From positions 14,605 to 78,604 of the forward strand of contig MAAT01000039.1 of the NCBI GenBank assembly GCA_002162815.1: a stretch of 64,000 nt of DNA, given 5' to 3'. The notes below the pieces were generated by a model that saw nothing but the letters and a program-made list of their open reading frames with translations, ran no database searches and was not told the origin of the DNA. The stretch is from Gammaproteobacteria bacterium 53_120_T64. GTDB lineage: Bacteria > Pseudomonadota > Gammaproteobacteria > Pseudomonadales > Porticoccaceae. The translations under genes and the position numbers were made by a program. This document shows, piece by piece, positions 39,601 to 48,677 of the stretch; within the stretch, counting starts at the first letter, position 1; each line of letters opens with the position of its first letter.

Positions 39601-41993
39601 CAGCGCTACTTATTAAGCAATTAATGCCTGCGATCAAGCGTGCAGACCTACTACGGTATGACCCCTTAAGTCGAGGGTTGGCGCAAGTATTTTGGGCGAA
39701 TATTAAGGGTGGCGCGAAGAGAAACACCGCAGGCTTATCGAAGGTGGGTGGCGAGGGTTATATTGGCAGAGACTGGCTTCCCCACGATACTTGGCCCGAA
39801 CGCGCTCAGTCGGCAACACAGATGCAATCGGTGTTTGCCAGCGCCGAGGCACTTGAACTCTTAGCCGTGGAAGTGCGTCAGCAATTAACGGCCTTTATTG
39901 ACCAGCACCCGATCGCCGTTAATGTGCTGGATATCCGCCGCGCTGCGGATTATTTGGTGGCCGAGCTGGGTCGTGAACGCCTGGAGTTTATTGGTAGTAA
40001 ATACGCCCTTCAGCTTGTCGATCTGTTGAAAGGCTCTATGGACGACGATACTTGGCGTCGTTACCAGGCTTCGCTGCAGAAGATGCTGGGTTGGCCCGCC
40101 GAGCGCTGGCAACTAAGTACCGCCTGGTTCCAGGCCTTATTGTTTGATAGTGCCTCGAATGCGGCTGGTTTAGACCAACAGCGGGCCGGCCAATTGGCAC
40201 GATATATCCCGGAAGCGGTGGCGCTGATCAATGCCGATGAGCGCCTGGAGCGTCGCCTTACCGAGGTGGATGTTGAATTGACGGTGACGGGTTTATTGGG
40301 CGAACACGCTAGTATTGAAAAACGCACGCTAACTTTTGCCTTGGATGCCTACCTGCAACGTATGGAAGAGCACCGTTTTGAGGTGCTGCCTGGTTATAAA
40401 AACTACCTTCAGCTTCGGCAGGACTTTATTGTCGAGAAGCGTGGCGAGTTGCGCCTTGAGCAATTTAAGGCGCGCCCCTTAAGCTCCTTTGTGCGCAATC
40501 GTTTGATTAATGAATCTTACCTGCCCTTGATTGGCGATAACTTTGCCAAGCAAATGGGCACCGTGGGGGAGAATAAGCGCACCGACCTGATGGGCTTGCT
40601 GATGCTCATCTCCCCTCCGGGCTACGGTAAAACCACCCTCATGGAGTACGTCGCGAACCGGCTGGGCTTGATCTTTATGAAGATTAACTGCCCGTCACTG
40701 GGGCACGATGTCCTTTCTCTTGACCCCGAGCAGGCACCGAACGCGACGGCTCGTCAGGAGCTGGAAAAATTAAACCTGGCCTTGGAAATGGGTAATAACG
40801 TCATGCTTTACCTTGACGATATCCAGCATACCCACCCGGAGTTCCTGCAAAAATTCATCTCATTATGTGATGGTACGCGTCGTATCGAAGGTGTTTGGCG
40901 AGGGGAGCCCAAGACTTACGATATGCGCGGCCGCAAGTTTGCCGTCGTTATGGCGGGCAACCCCTATACCGAATCCGGCGAGTTGTTCAAAGTACCGGAT
41001 ATGCTGGCCAACCGAGCCGATATTTATAACCTGGGTGATATTCTCGGCGGTATGGATGAGCAGTTCTCCCTCAGTTATATCGAGAACGCACTGACCTCCC
41101 ACCCGGTATTGGCGCCATTGGCCCTTAGGGAAATGGATGACGTCTATCAGTTGATCGACTTGGCGAAGGGGCGGAGTGTTACAAGCAGTGAGTTAAGCCA
41201 TCAATACAGTGCCGGTGAAATTAACGAAATCACCGGCATCTTCAAAAAGTTGTTCGTTATTCAGGGCCTCGTATTGAAGATCAACCAACAATACATTAGC
41301 TCCGCCGCCCAGAATGACCAATATCGTATTGAACCGGCATTCAAGTTGCAGGGTAGTTATCGCAATATGAATAAGATGACGGAAAAGGTTTCCACGGTGA
41401 TGAACGACGCCGAGTTGATGCAAATGATTGTCGATCACTATTTAGGCGAAGCGCAACTATTGACGACCGGCGCGGAAGACAATTTATTGAAGCTGGCTGA
41501 ATTGCGGGGCAATATCAGCACGGAGGAGTCGACGCGCTGGGAACAGATTAAAGCAGATTTTCTGCGTAATAAAGCCATCGGTGGTGACGAAGCGGATGTC
41601 GGTGGCAAGGTGATAGCCCAGCTCGCGGATCTGGTGGCCGGTGTGCAGGGCTTGAGTACAGTGTCATCGCGAGCTGGCCCCGTGACACCCGATACGACAG
41701 CGGAGTTATCGGCGTCATCGGCGTCGCTAGTGGCTGTACTGGATAAGCTGACGGCCGTCGTTGCACAGGGCCGACCGCATGTAGAGGTGGTTAATCAGCC
41801 CGTGCCGGGTATGGATAAAATCATGAGCGTTCTCGCCAATACGATTATCTATAGTATTTTCCCCTTGGTGCGCAGTATGGATAAAAAGCTCGATATGGAC
41901 CTGCGCAGCCATGACCAAATGCAAGATATCTCCCAGCAGTTGCGTGACCTGGAGTCTGGGGTGGCTGGCAAGCCCGCGAAAACTACTGAGTAG
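36636..41993 (+). CDS. giant (1785 aa) uncharacterised protein with one AAA_5-like (dynein/midasin/MoxR-type) ATPase domain near the C-terminus
   Basis: Uninterrupted 5.36-kb ORF. AAAGGAGAG RBS. Walker A LISPPGYGKTT (about nt 40611-40637), Walker B MLYLDDIQ (about 40804-40826), sensor-1 AVVMAGNPY (about 40941-40967), and a RF-x-IY-type box PDMLANRADIYNLG (about 41000-41040). Only one P-loop is present in the whole protein. The N-terminal roughly 1250 aa show no recognisable family. Confidence 0.75.
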   Translation: MVEQNRSDNIDSELVASAVADGSAYEVIRKRLIAQGNNLDQKTRQLNEARLEEFGRSDMNVLTRVRVRTENNCVARDIVQVGGHLLFGYNVFIGLKKETKIEDVFALFDVRETDSTYEMKPVSMAGTFLTDSDFVNDFNELYRYYKHTKLVELTINRGVLLAGFQIGERLDDLRVFRWSLSADGGDVTYIDNRGERNIELPPAYDFEWLSTSHDDTVHGRHAHVNILDTVFVETLNGELTIKVENNTEDGLGIYREPVEDKTQSIDDAEISYVAVGSLILLQVCPYREERPRYLIYNTVTQEVLRVDAIGQSCVQLPEDHGIIFPGGYYLQSGEYKTFDQEFNGLTFKRSIPSPNGEDILYVFYDPLEGALGLFPYNMIDKQLNKPIFAHGYALAENGQLVIFSAEAEPTRIHPMQIWQTPYVSDEFASQVPDSQTFLGRIGNAELVRGVSDLYSISRLIDNQSVTSRLYEELNNNSKKIFEDHYWIDREEVQGVATVLKDVSATAELVIDEFEKVEGIRQQSAKTLLLAEREQQNLILSIRPENWESAEDYVDALGKLRRQRGHLATVKDHRYMDVARIEHLDKELQDVDASLSVQILDFLSDERALEPYRHKIAALDKDLARAESIVELSPIIVAIEGVASGLDLLSELMTSLKVDDATVRTGIIDTISEVYARLNQSKASAKHRQKNLGSEEAIAQFSAQFKLFTQSITNALGLASSPEQCDEQLSRLLVQLEELESQFTDFDQFLADIVGKREEIYEAFESHKQQLMDERQRKAQSVADAADRILSSISKRSLKFTDADELNTYFAADALVMKARDLVERLRELDSAVKADDVESRHKAIVEQALRSLRDKSDIFEDGGKIIRLGPRHKFSVNKQELDLTIIPRDGELSLHLTGTNYYEPIVHPELLAARDYWQMSLESETRKVYRGEFLAALIMDAAQVQQQGLSIDALNTALLDDAELEKLVRNFASPRYKEGYEKGVHDHDAALLIKQLMPAIKRADLLRYDPLSRGLAQVFWANIKGGAKRNTAGLSKVGGEGYIGRDWLPHDTWPERAQSATQMQSVFASAEALELLAVEVRQQLTAFIDQHPIAVNVLDIRRAADYLVAELGRERLEFIGSKYALQLVDLLKGSMDDDTWRRYQASLQKMLGWPAERWQLSTAWFQALLFDSASNAAGLDQQRAGQLARYIPEAVALINADERLERRLTEVDVELTVTGLLGEHASIEKRTLTFALDAYLQRMEEHRFEVLPGYKNYLQLRQDFIVEKRGELRLEQFKARPLSSFVRNRLINESYLPLIGDNFAKQMGTVGENKRTDLMGLLMLISPPGYGKTTLMEYVANRLGLIFMKINCPSLGHDVLSLDPEQAPNATARQELEKLNLALEMGNNVMLYLDDIQHTHPEFLQKFISLCDGTRRIEGVWRGEPKTYDMRGRKFAVVMAGNPYTESGELFKVPDMLANRADIYNLGDILGGMDEQFSLSYIENALTSHPVLAPLALREMDDVYQLIDLAKGRSVTSSELSHQYSAGEINEITGIFKKLFVIQGLVLKINQQYISSAAQNDQYRIEPAFKLQGSYRNMNKMTEKVSTVMNDAELMQMIVDHYLGEAQLLTTGAEDNLLKLAELRGNISTEESTRWEQIKADFLRNKAIGGDEADVGGKVIAQLADLVAGVQGLSTVSSRAGPVTPDTTAELSASSASLVAVLDKLTAVVAQGRPHVEVVNQPVPGMDKIMSVLANTIIYSIFPLVRSMDKKLDMDLRSHDQMQDISQQLRDLESGVAGKPAKTTE

Positions 41994-42319
41994 GTTCTGA
42001 CTCGTGCCTGTAGATCAAATGGCTGCCAACTATACTAGCCCGATGTGGCTGTAAACTTGGCCGGGTGAGAGGGCGCAATCCAGTGAGTGTTCTTTTAGGC
42101 AGCCATTCTTGGCCTGTATCCCTTCCGAGTGAATACCAGCCCTTGCCGGCCCTGGCGAATGGTCTCCGCGTCTCGTGAAAATGCGACCTGTTAACGGTGT
42201 GTATTGACGGTAGTCTGCTATAGTTCAAAAAAATTGGTTATACATCAGATTATTAATAGTATTTAACCTATTGATTTGTAGTCGTTTCTACACCCTGTAG
42301 AGTAAGAGTCGAGCCCGAT

Positions 42320-43972
42320 ATGCAAAATATAAGTCCCCAGGTACTGGAGTTTATTGGCCACGAGTACAAGTCGGTGCTGCAATCTGTCAACGGCTTAGTA
42401 CAGCGACTGACCATCGCTCACTTAGAAGAGCTTAATGAGCAGCTACTAGAGCTACGCGGTGCCGCACAGATGGCCCAGCTTGCGGGTATGAGTCGCTTGT
42501 TTGCCGAGATGGCGAGGGCTGTAGACGCGGTGATTAGTGGCGATAAGGCCATTGACGAGCTGCAACCCTTGCTTGACCAGGCCCTGCTGCTGGCGGACGG
42601 TTTGATCGCCAGTATTGTTGAGCAAAAATCTGAGAACCCCTGCGTGCTTCTTCCCGAAATGACGGCGCTGCGCCGCTTCAGGGGCGCGCCTCCGCTCTAT
42701 GAATACCACTTGCTGAAGGACATCACTTGGCCACCCTTTGCCAGCCTGACTCAAGATGAAGACATAATAGGCCCGCAAACGGAGGGGCTGAAACGCTGGC
42801 ACCACCTCTATCAACTGGGGCTACTGGATATTATCCGCAATAATAATCGCCAAAAAGCCTTGTTCAATTTATTTCGAGTCGCGGGGCGTTTACAAAAAGT
42901 CGCCATATCTGCGCGAGAAAGTGATTACTGGTGGGTGTTTGCGCTCACCATCAAAGGCTTTGCCGAAAAGAAATTGAGTTTGCAGCCAGAGCGTATTCGC
43001 CTACTTGCGGCGGTGGAGAAACAATTGCGTTTGTTGGTGGCAACGGATCAGGTGGGAGCGCGAAACCCCTACCCTGAAGGCCTATGGCGCGCCTTTGTTA
43101 GCTTGTTGGCGATGACGGATATGTCCAGTGACCCGCGCGCGAAGCAGATTGGTGTGCCCAAATTAATGTTTTCTGACTCGGCTATATCCTCGGTGCGCAA
43201 CGCCATCACTGGTGAGTTGGATGCCGATAAAAGCATCCTTGAATCCATGGCGCTGTCGGCGGCGACCTTGCGTACATTGCTGGATAACGGCCCGGAATCT
43301 GCCTCCCTGCTTAACGGCGATAAACTGCAAGAGTTGAGTGTGGGTTTTACGGCATTGGCTGAAGAATGTGAGCAGGCCGGTTTTCGAGGTTTGTCGCGCC
43401 AGTACCAGCAGTTTTGCTCACGCTTACAGAGTTGCTCCGATGGTGAGTTACCCGCTGAATTACTCGCAGAATTTACCGATGCGGTGCTCCATGTCGAGTG
43501 CGCACTGGCCGATTTCTATGGCAAAACACCGCAGGCAGAGCAAATTAAAGCCTGGGAAGCTCAACCCTTGATGAGCATCTTGCAAAAGAGTTTATTAAAG
43601 ACGGCACAGGTTGCCGTGGTGAATGAGACTGCGGCCCGACTGGGTGATATCAAACAACTGGTGGACAATGTCGCCTCGGGGTATGCCTCGGCTGAAGTCA
43701 CCCCCGAGCTCGAGCTAGCCTTTGCCGAAATCGAAGGTAGCGCCAGTATGCTCAATATGGTTCGTTTTGCGAGTCTGGCAGATCGTTGTTTAATGCTCGC
43801 AAAAGAAGTGCTCTTCACCGATACCAATGGCGATGATGGCAAGCCGATTGAGGTGTTTGCCGATACCATTGTCTGTCTAGAGTATTTCCTCGATGGTTGT
43901 ATGGTGGGTGATACTATCGATGAGAGCTCTCTCGATGTCGCCAATGAGTGTTTGTCGTCACTCGGTGCCTAA
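42320..43972 (+). CDS. hypothetical alpha-helical protein (550 aa)
   Basis: Clean ORF after a 326-bp spacer. Leu/Ala/Glu/Gln-rich. No catalytic motif recognised. Possibly a FimL/ChpA-N-terminus-like scaffold, but this is speculative. Confidence 0.55.
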   Translation: MQNISPQVLEFIGHEYKSVLQSVNGLVQRLTIAHLEELNEQLLELRGAAQMAQLAGMSRLFAEMARAVDAVISGDKAIDELQPLLDQALLLADGLIASIVEQKSENPCVLLPEMTALRRFRGAPPLYEYHLLKDITWPPFASLTQDEDIIGPQTEGLKRWHHLYQLGLLDIIRNNNRQKALFNLFRVAGRLQKVAISARESDYWWVFALTIKGFAEKKLSLQPERIRLLAAVEKQLRLLVATDQVGARNPYPEGLWRAFVSLLAMTDMSSDPRAKQIGVPKLMFSDSAISSVRNAITGELDADKSILESMALSAATLRTLLDNGPESASLLNGDKLQELSVGFTALAEECEQAGFRGLSRQYQQFCSRLQSCSDGELPAELLAEFTDAVLHVECALADFYGKTPQAEQIKAWEAQPLMSILQKSLLKTAQVAVVNETAARLGDIKQLVDNVASGYASAEVTPELELAFAEIEGSASMLNMVRFASLADRCLMLAKEVLFTDTNGDDGKPIEVFADTIVCLEYFLDGCMVGDTIDESSLDVANECLSSLGA

Positions 43973-44198
43973 CGCAATGTAGCTTCGCTCAGAGCCAGCA
44001 TGCGGTATCGCCTAGATCGGCCCCTTGGCTACCAGATAATTTTTCACTACACACCTAAATCTTAAAACCATCAAAATTTCTGCCGCGCCGGCACTGGGGC
44101 GCGCCGATATCAGTTAGAATTGTGCGCTTTACTTCCCTAACCGTATTACATAGATAACAGACTGGCTGAGTATTAGAGGCCATCGACAGAGGTGTTTT

Positions 44199-45254
44199 TT
44201 GGAATTTTTAAGTGAATATGGGCTTTTTCTTGCCAAATCATTAACCGTGGTGGTAGTTGTCGCTGTGCTTGCCGGCATACTCGCCAGCCTTGGCCAGCGG
44301 GGTAAAAGGCACGATAAGGGCCATATTGACGTGCTGTCATTTAACGACACGATTGCCGATATGAGCGATGCTTTAGCCGATGTCGTGGTGTCTGACGAAG
44401 CCCGTAAAGCGCTATTAAAAGCCGAGAAAAAAGAGAAGAAAGCTCAGCAGAAAGCCGACAAAAAGGCCTCCAAGAGTGGCGATGCTCCGGTCGCTAAAAA
44501 ACGTGTTTTTGTACTGGATTTTCACGGTGATATACGCGCCTCTGCGGTGGCAAGTTTCCGTGAAGAAATTACCACAGTACTCAGCCTCGCCAGTAGCCAT
44601 GATGAAATTGTGGTGCGTCTAGAAAGTGGCGGCGGCATGGTGCCGAGCTACGGTCTTGCCGCCAGCCAGCTCGATCGCATTACAAAGAAAAGTATTCCGC
44701 TCACCGTGTGTATCGATAAAGTCGCGGCCAGTGGCGGTTATATGATGGCCTGTGTGGCCGATCAAATCCTCGCTGCGCCCTTCGCGGTAATTGGCTCGAT
44801 TGGCGTGGTGGCACAGATCCCCAACGTACATCGTTTGTTAAAAAAGCACGATGTCGACATCGAGTTGATGACGGCCGGTAAATACAAACGCACCCTTACT
44901 ATGCTCGGTGAAAATACTGAGGAGGGACGAGAGAAGTTTCGCGAGGAATTAGAGGATACCCACGAGCTGTTTAAAACCTTTGTCGGCGAGCATCGCCCCG
45001 GCCTCGATGTTGAAGAGATAGCCACGGGTGAGGTTTGGTACGGCGCGCCTGCCGTTAAGAAGGGCTTGGTTGACGATACTAAAACCAGCGATGAGTACCT
45101 AATCGCTCAGCTCGACAGTGCCGATATTTATACGGTGGCCTACGTTCATAAAAAAACCCTACCGGAGAAGTTTGGCTTTGCTCTGGAGAGTAGCGGTGAC
45201 CGTTTTGTGATGCGCTGGGTGCGGCGTTTAATGGGGCCTGTTCCTCTGGCCTAA
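44199..45254 (+). CDS. sohB: S49 family inner-membrane peptidase SohB
   Basis: Collinear with E. coli SohB (MELLSEYGLFLAK…VLDFKG…LRLESPGGMV…DKVAASGGYMMACVAD…GENTEEGREKFREEL…). TTG start. Confidence 0.85.
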   Translation: MEFLSEYGLFLAKSLTVVVVVAVLAGILASLGQRGKRHDKGHIDVLSFNDTIADMSDALADVVVSDEARKALLKAEKKEKKAQQKADKKASKSGDAPVAKKRVFVLDFHGDIRASAVASFREEITTVLSLASSHDEIVVRLESGGGMVPSYGLAASQLDRITKKSIPLTVCIDKVAASGGYMMACVADQILAAPFAVIGSIGVVAQIPNVHRLLKKHDVDIELMTAGKYKRTLTMLGENTEEGREKFREELEDTHELFKTFVGEHRPGLDVEEIATGEVWYGAPAVKKGLVDDTKTSDEYLIAQLDSADIYTVAYVHKKTLPEKFGFALESSGDRFVMRWVRRLMGPVPLA

Positions 45255-45291
45255 GGCCGACTGCGGATTGATTGGGGTGTTAAGGCCCCGA

Positions 45292-46458
45292 TTAATCGCG
45301 GCGCAGAGAATCCTTAATGGCTATCGGGTTGGGGAAGTTGAAAATCACCACATAACTCGATAATAGAAAGGTCAAAATTGCAGCGGCTTGAATCAGGTGG
45401 GATGCCAGCACACCGATCAATGAGGCGTTTAAGGCGACATAGGCAATCAGTAGGGAGAACTCACTGATTTGCCCAAGGCGGCAGCCAATGTCCCAGGCGA
45501 AGTGGTTGTTCTCACTTTGGCGACGCAATAAAAAACGAAAACAGATGGGTTTAATTAGCAGCATCGCAAGACCAAGAACCACTACCGGAATGATGATCTC
45601 GGGCAGTAAGCCAAGGTTGAACTGAGCGCCGAGGGAAAAGAAAAACATCACTAAAAAAAAGTCGCGCAGTGGTTTTAAGCTCAAGGCAATGTATTGCGCG
45701 ATGGGGCTGGTAGCGATGGTAATGCCAGCGAGGAAGGCGCCAATTTCTGCCGATAAACCCAGGTGTTCCGCTATTGCCGAGACGCCTAGGCACCAGCCAA
45801 TGGCGAGTAAGAAGACGTATTCACCGATGCGGTCAAAGCGCGTAAATAGCGGCAGTAATATATAGCGCACGATGCCGATACAGGCGATTATCAATAGCGG
45901 CAGGGCGAGCAGGGTAATACCAACTTGGCTCAGGTTAATTTGTCCGTTGTCGCCGCTGAGCAAAATCAGCAGTACAAAGATCGCAATAAAATCCTGCATC
46001 AACAACATGCCTACCATCATTTCGCCGATATGGCGGTGGTGAAGAATGGTGGTAGGTAGTAGCTTGATACCAATAATGGTACTGGAAAACATCATCGCCG
46101 CGCCGATGATCAGGTTTTCAAGGTGGGTAAAGCCAAACAGGTAGGCGATGCCGTAGCCCGTCGCGGCAAAAATAACAGAACTGATGAAGGTGACATGGGT
46201 GACTTTTTTCAACACGCTAAACAGGGACTGGGGCTGCATATCCAGGCCCAGTAGAAAGAGCAGAAGAATGATGCCGATGTGGGAGATTTCAGCAATTAAA
46301 TCGACGTCGTGAATCATCCCCGTGCCGTAGGGGCCGAGAATGGCACCGAGCACGATGTAGGCAACTAAGAGGGGTTGGCGCCCGAATAGGGCGAGCGATG
46401 CAACAACAGCGGCACCGCTAAAAATCAGTACGAACGAATGAAAAACCTCACTACCCAT
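45292..46458 (-). CDS. cation:proton antiporter (CPA1/Kef-type Na+/H+ exchanger core)
   Basis: 388 aa. About 11-12 TM helices. Confidence 0.75.
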   Translation of the reverse strand: MGSEVFHSFVLIFSGAAVVASLALFGRQPLLVAYIVLGAILGPYGTGMIHDVDLIAEISHIGIILLLFLLGLDMQPQSLFSVLKKVTHVTFISSVIFAATGYGIAYLFGFTHLENLIIGAAMMFSSTIIGIKLLPTTILHHRHIGEMMVGMLLMQDFIAIFVLLILLSGDNGQINLSQVGITLLALPLLIIACIGIVRYILLPLFTRFDRIGEYVFLLAIGWCLGVSAIAEHLGLSAEIGAFLAGITIATSPIAQYIALSLKPLRDFFLVMFFFSLGAQFNLGLLPEIIIPVVVLGLAMLLIKPICFRFLLRRQSENNHFAWDIGCRLGQISEFSLLIAYVALNASLIGVLASHLIQAAAILTFLLSSYVVIFNFPNPIAIKDSLRRD

Positions 46459-46525
46459 AAACGCTTATTCTCCTTGCCGAGTGCTATTTTGCCCTCGGGT
46501 AGGGGGGGTAGTGCAAGTTTTATCC

Positions 46526-47032
46526 CTATCGACGGCGAAATAGTGGTTGTTCTTGATTGACGCAGGCTTGGTAGGTGACGCTGAACGCCGCCAGATAGTC
46601 TTCTAGCTGGTGGTGTGGCTCGGCTTCATCACCGAGGGATAGGGCATCAAGACAAAAAGCGTCAAAACCACAGCGCGATAGGTAAAACAGTTGGTCGGGC
46701 ACAATGTGGCCAATGGCGCGAAGCTCACCGGTAAACTGATAGCGTTCGCGAATCAGGCGGGCGATGGAAAAGCCACGGCCGTCCATAAAGCTGGGGAAAT
46801 TCACCGCTAGGTGTCGGAGCTTTTCTATATCACCGGCGAATTTCTCGGGCTCCTGATCGGCGTCTAGCCAAACGCCAATCGTGTCTGGGTTTTGCAGTGA
46901 CTCTTTGTTCGCCAGCCAATAGTTGAGGGGCACAAAACAGGGCGCGTCCGGCAGCGAGCCAGAGAAGTCCTTGGGTAGTACCTGCCAGCCATTGTCGACC
47001 AGGCTTTTGTCTTTAAGCAGCTTTGGCATAGA
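46526..47032 (-). CDS. DUF934-family protein (conserved partner of assimilatory sulfite reductase)
   Basis: Start placed at MPKLLKDKS… (ATG at 47032). The longer ORF-track version overlaps cysI. Start overlaps the cysI stop by 20 nt, so the two genes are probably translationally coupled. Confidence 0.6.
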   Translation of the reverse strand, partial: SMPKLLKDKSLVDNGWQVLPKDFSGSLPDAPCFVPLNYWLANKESLQNPDTIGVWLDADQEPEKFAGDIEKLRHLAVNFPSFMDGRGFSIARLIRERYQFTGELRAIGHIVPDQLFYLSRCGFDAFCLDALSLGDEAEPHHQLEDYLAAFSVTYQACVNQEQPLFRRR

Positions 47033-48677
47033 TAAACTCCTTGAAAGGGGCGGTGCCAATACGGCGATGGGTGTCGAGAAAGGTCTCGCCCTCGATACGC
47101 CGGTCGACATAGATGTTGAGAATGCTTTCCAGTACGTCGGGGATTTCGCGGGCGTAGAAGGAGGGGCCGAGTACCTTGCCCAGCGATGCGTCGTCGAGGG
47201 CGCTGCCGCCGAGCTGCACCTGGTAAAACTCTTCGCCCTTCTTATCAACGCCGAGGATACCGATATTGCCGACATGGTGGTGGCCGCAGGCGTTCATGCA
47301 GCCGGAGATGTTGAGCTTGATATCGCCCAGGTCGTAGAGGTAGTCGAGATCGTCAAAGCGGCGCTGAATCGCCTCGGCGACGGGGATGGACTTGGCATTG
47401 GCGAGTGAGCAAAAGTCACCGCCGGGGCAGCAAATCATATCGACCAGAGTGCCGATGCTGGGCGTTGCGAAACCCAGTTGTTTGGCGGCTTGCCAGAGTT
47501 CGGGCAGGTCGCTCAATTTGACGTCGCCGAGCACCAGGTTTTGGTGGTGGGTGACCCGCACCTCGTCGAAAGAGTAGCGCTCGGCGAGATCGGCAATTGC
47601 TTCAAGCTGGCTGTCGGTGACATCACCTGGGGCAACGCCGGTGGGTTTGAGTGATAGGTGGACGGCGCAGTATCCGGCGACTTTATGAGTGACAACATTC
47701 CTGTCGCGCCATTTACCAAAGGCAATTTGCTCGCTGGCCAGTTGTTGCAGCGCCGCCTCGCAGCTGGCGACATCGACGCTTTCATAACTTGGGCTGGTAA
47801 AGAAGGCTTCGGCGTGGGCAATGACCTCGTCGGTCAGTGTCGACGGGCTGTCGATCTGTTGTAGCCATTCTTGCTCGACCTTGTCGGCGAAGACTTCGGC
47901 AGTCCAGGCCTTGAGGAGAATTTTAATACGTGCCTTGTACTTATTGTCGCGGCGCCCATAGCGGTTATAGACGCGCAAAATTGCTTCGAGATAGGTTAAT
48001 AAGTGTTTGGCGGGCAGAAAGTCTTTAATCACTTCGCCGATGGCGGGGCTACGACCCAGGCCGCCACCCACTAGCACCTTAAAGCCGACTTCATCATCGG
48101 CATTTTTCAGTACCTGCAAGCCGATGTCGTGTACCTGAATAGCCGCTCTGTCACTTTTAGAGCCACTGACCGCGATCTTAAATTTGCGCGGTAAAAAGGC
48201 AAATTCGGGGTGTAGGGTCGACCACTGGCGGATAATCTCACACCAGGGGCGGGGGTCTACAATTTCGTCGGCGCTAATGCCGGCAAATTCATCGGAGGTG
48301 ACGTTGCGAATACAGCTGCCACTGCTCTGTATACCCTGCATCTCTACAGCCGCCAATTCGGCGAGAATATCGGGGACTTCTTCAAGCTGGGGCCAGTTGA
48401 GCTGGATGTTCTGGCGGGTGGTAAAGTGGGCATAGCCCTTGTCGTACTTGCGGGTAATACCGGCCAGGGCGCGAAGCTGGGTGGCCGAAACCATGCCGTA
48501 GGGAATATTGATGCGCAGCATGGGTGCGAGGCGTTGTACATAGAGACCATTTTGCAGGCGCAGAGGTAGAAACACCGCATCGGGAATCTTACCCGCCAAG
48601 TAATCGTCTGTTTGGCGGCGATATTGGGCGACGCGTTCACCAATCAGGGTTTTGTCATGTTGGTCGTATATGTACAT
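47013..48677 (-). CDS. cysI: assimilatory sulfite reductase hemoprotein (nitrite/sulfite reductase family, siroheme-[4Fe-4S])
   Basis: 554 aa. Cluster-binding Cys motifs CPGGDFC…ISGCMNACGHHHVGNIGILG. Confidence 0.8.
   Translation of the reverse strand: MYIYDQHDKTLIGERVAQYRRQTDDYLAGKIPDAVFLPLRLQNGLYVQRLAPMLRINIPYGMVSATQLRALAGITRKYDKGYAHFTTRQNIQLNWPQLEEVPDILAELAAVEMQGIQSSGSCIRNVTSDEFAGISADEIVDPRPWCEIIRQWSTLHPEFAFLPRKFKIAVSGSKSDRAAIQVHDIGLQVLKNADDEVGFKVLVGGGLGRSPAIGEVIKDFLPAKHLLTYLEAILRVYNRYGRRDNKYKARIKILLKAWTAEVFADKVEQEWLQQIDSPSTLTDEVIAHAEAFFTSPSYESVDVASCEAALQQLASEQIAFGKWRDRNVVTHKVAGYCAVHLSLKPTGVAPGDVTDSQLEAIADLAERYSFDEVRVTHHQNLVLGDVKLSDLPELWQAAKQLGFATPSIGTLVDMICCPGGDFCSLANAKSIPVAEAIQRRFDDLDYLYDLGDIKLNISGCMNACGHHHVGNIGILGVDKKGEEFYQVQLGGSALDDASLGKVLGPSFYAREIPDVLESILNIYVDRRIEGETFLDTHRRIGTAPFKEFIYAKAA

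Noticed and set aside
47033-47275. Long version of the DUF934 ORF (249 aa) overlapping cysI
   Set aside because: The N-terminal extension is Ser/Ala/Pro-rich junk antisense-free but overlapping cysI coding sequence by 260 nt. The conserved DUF934 sequence starts at MPKLLKDK (ATG at 47032).
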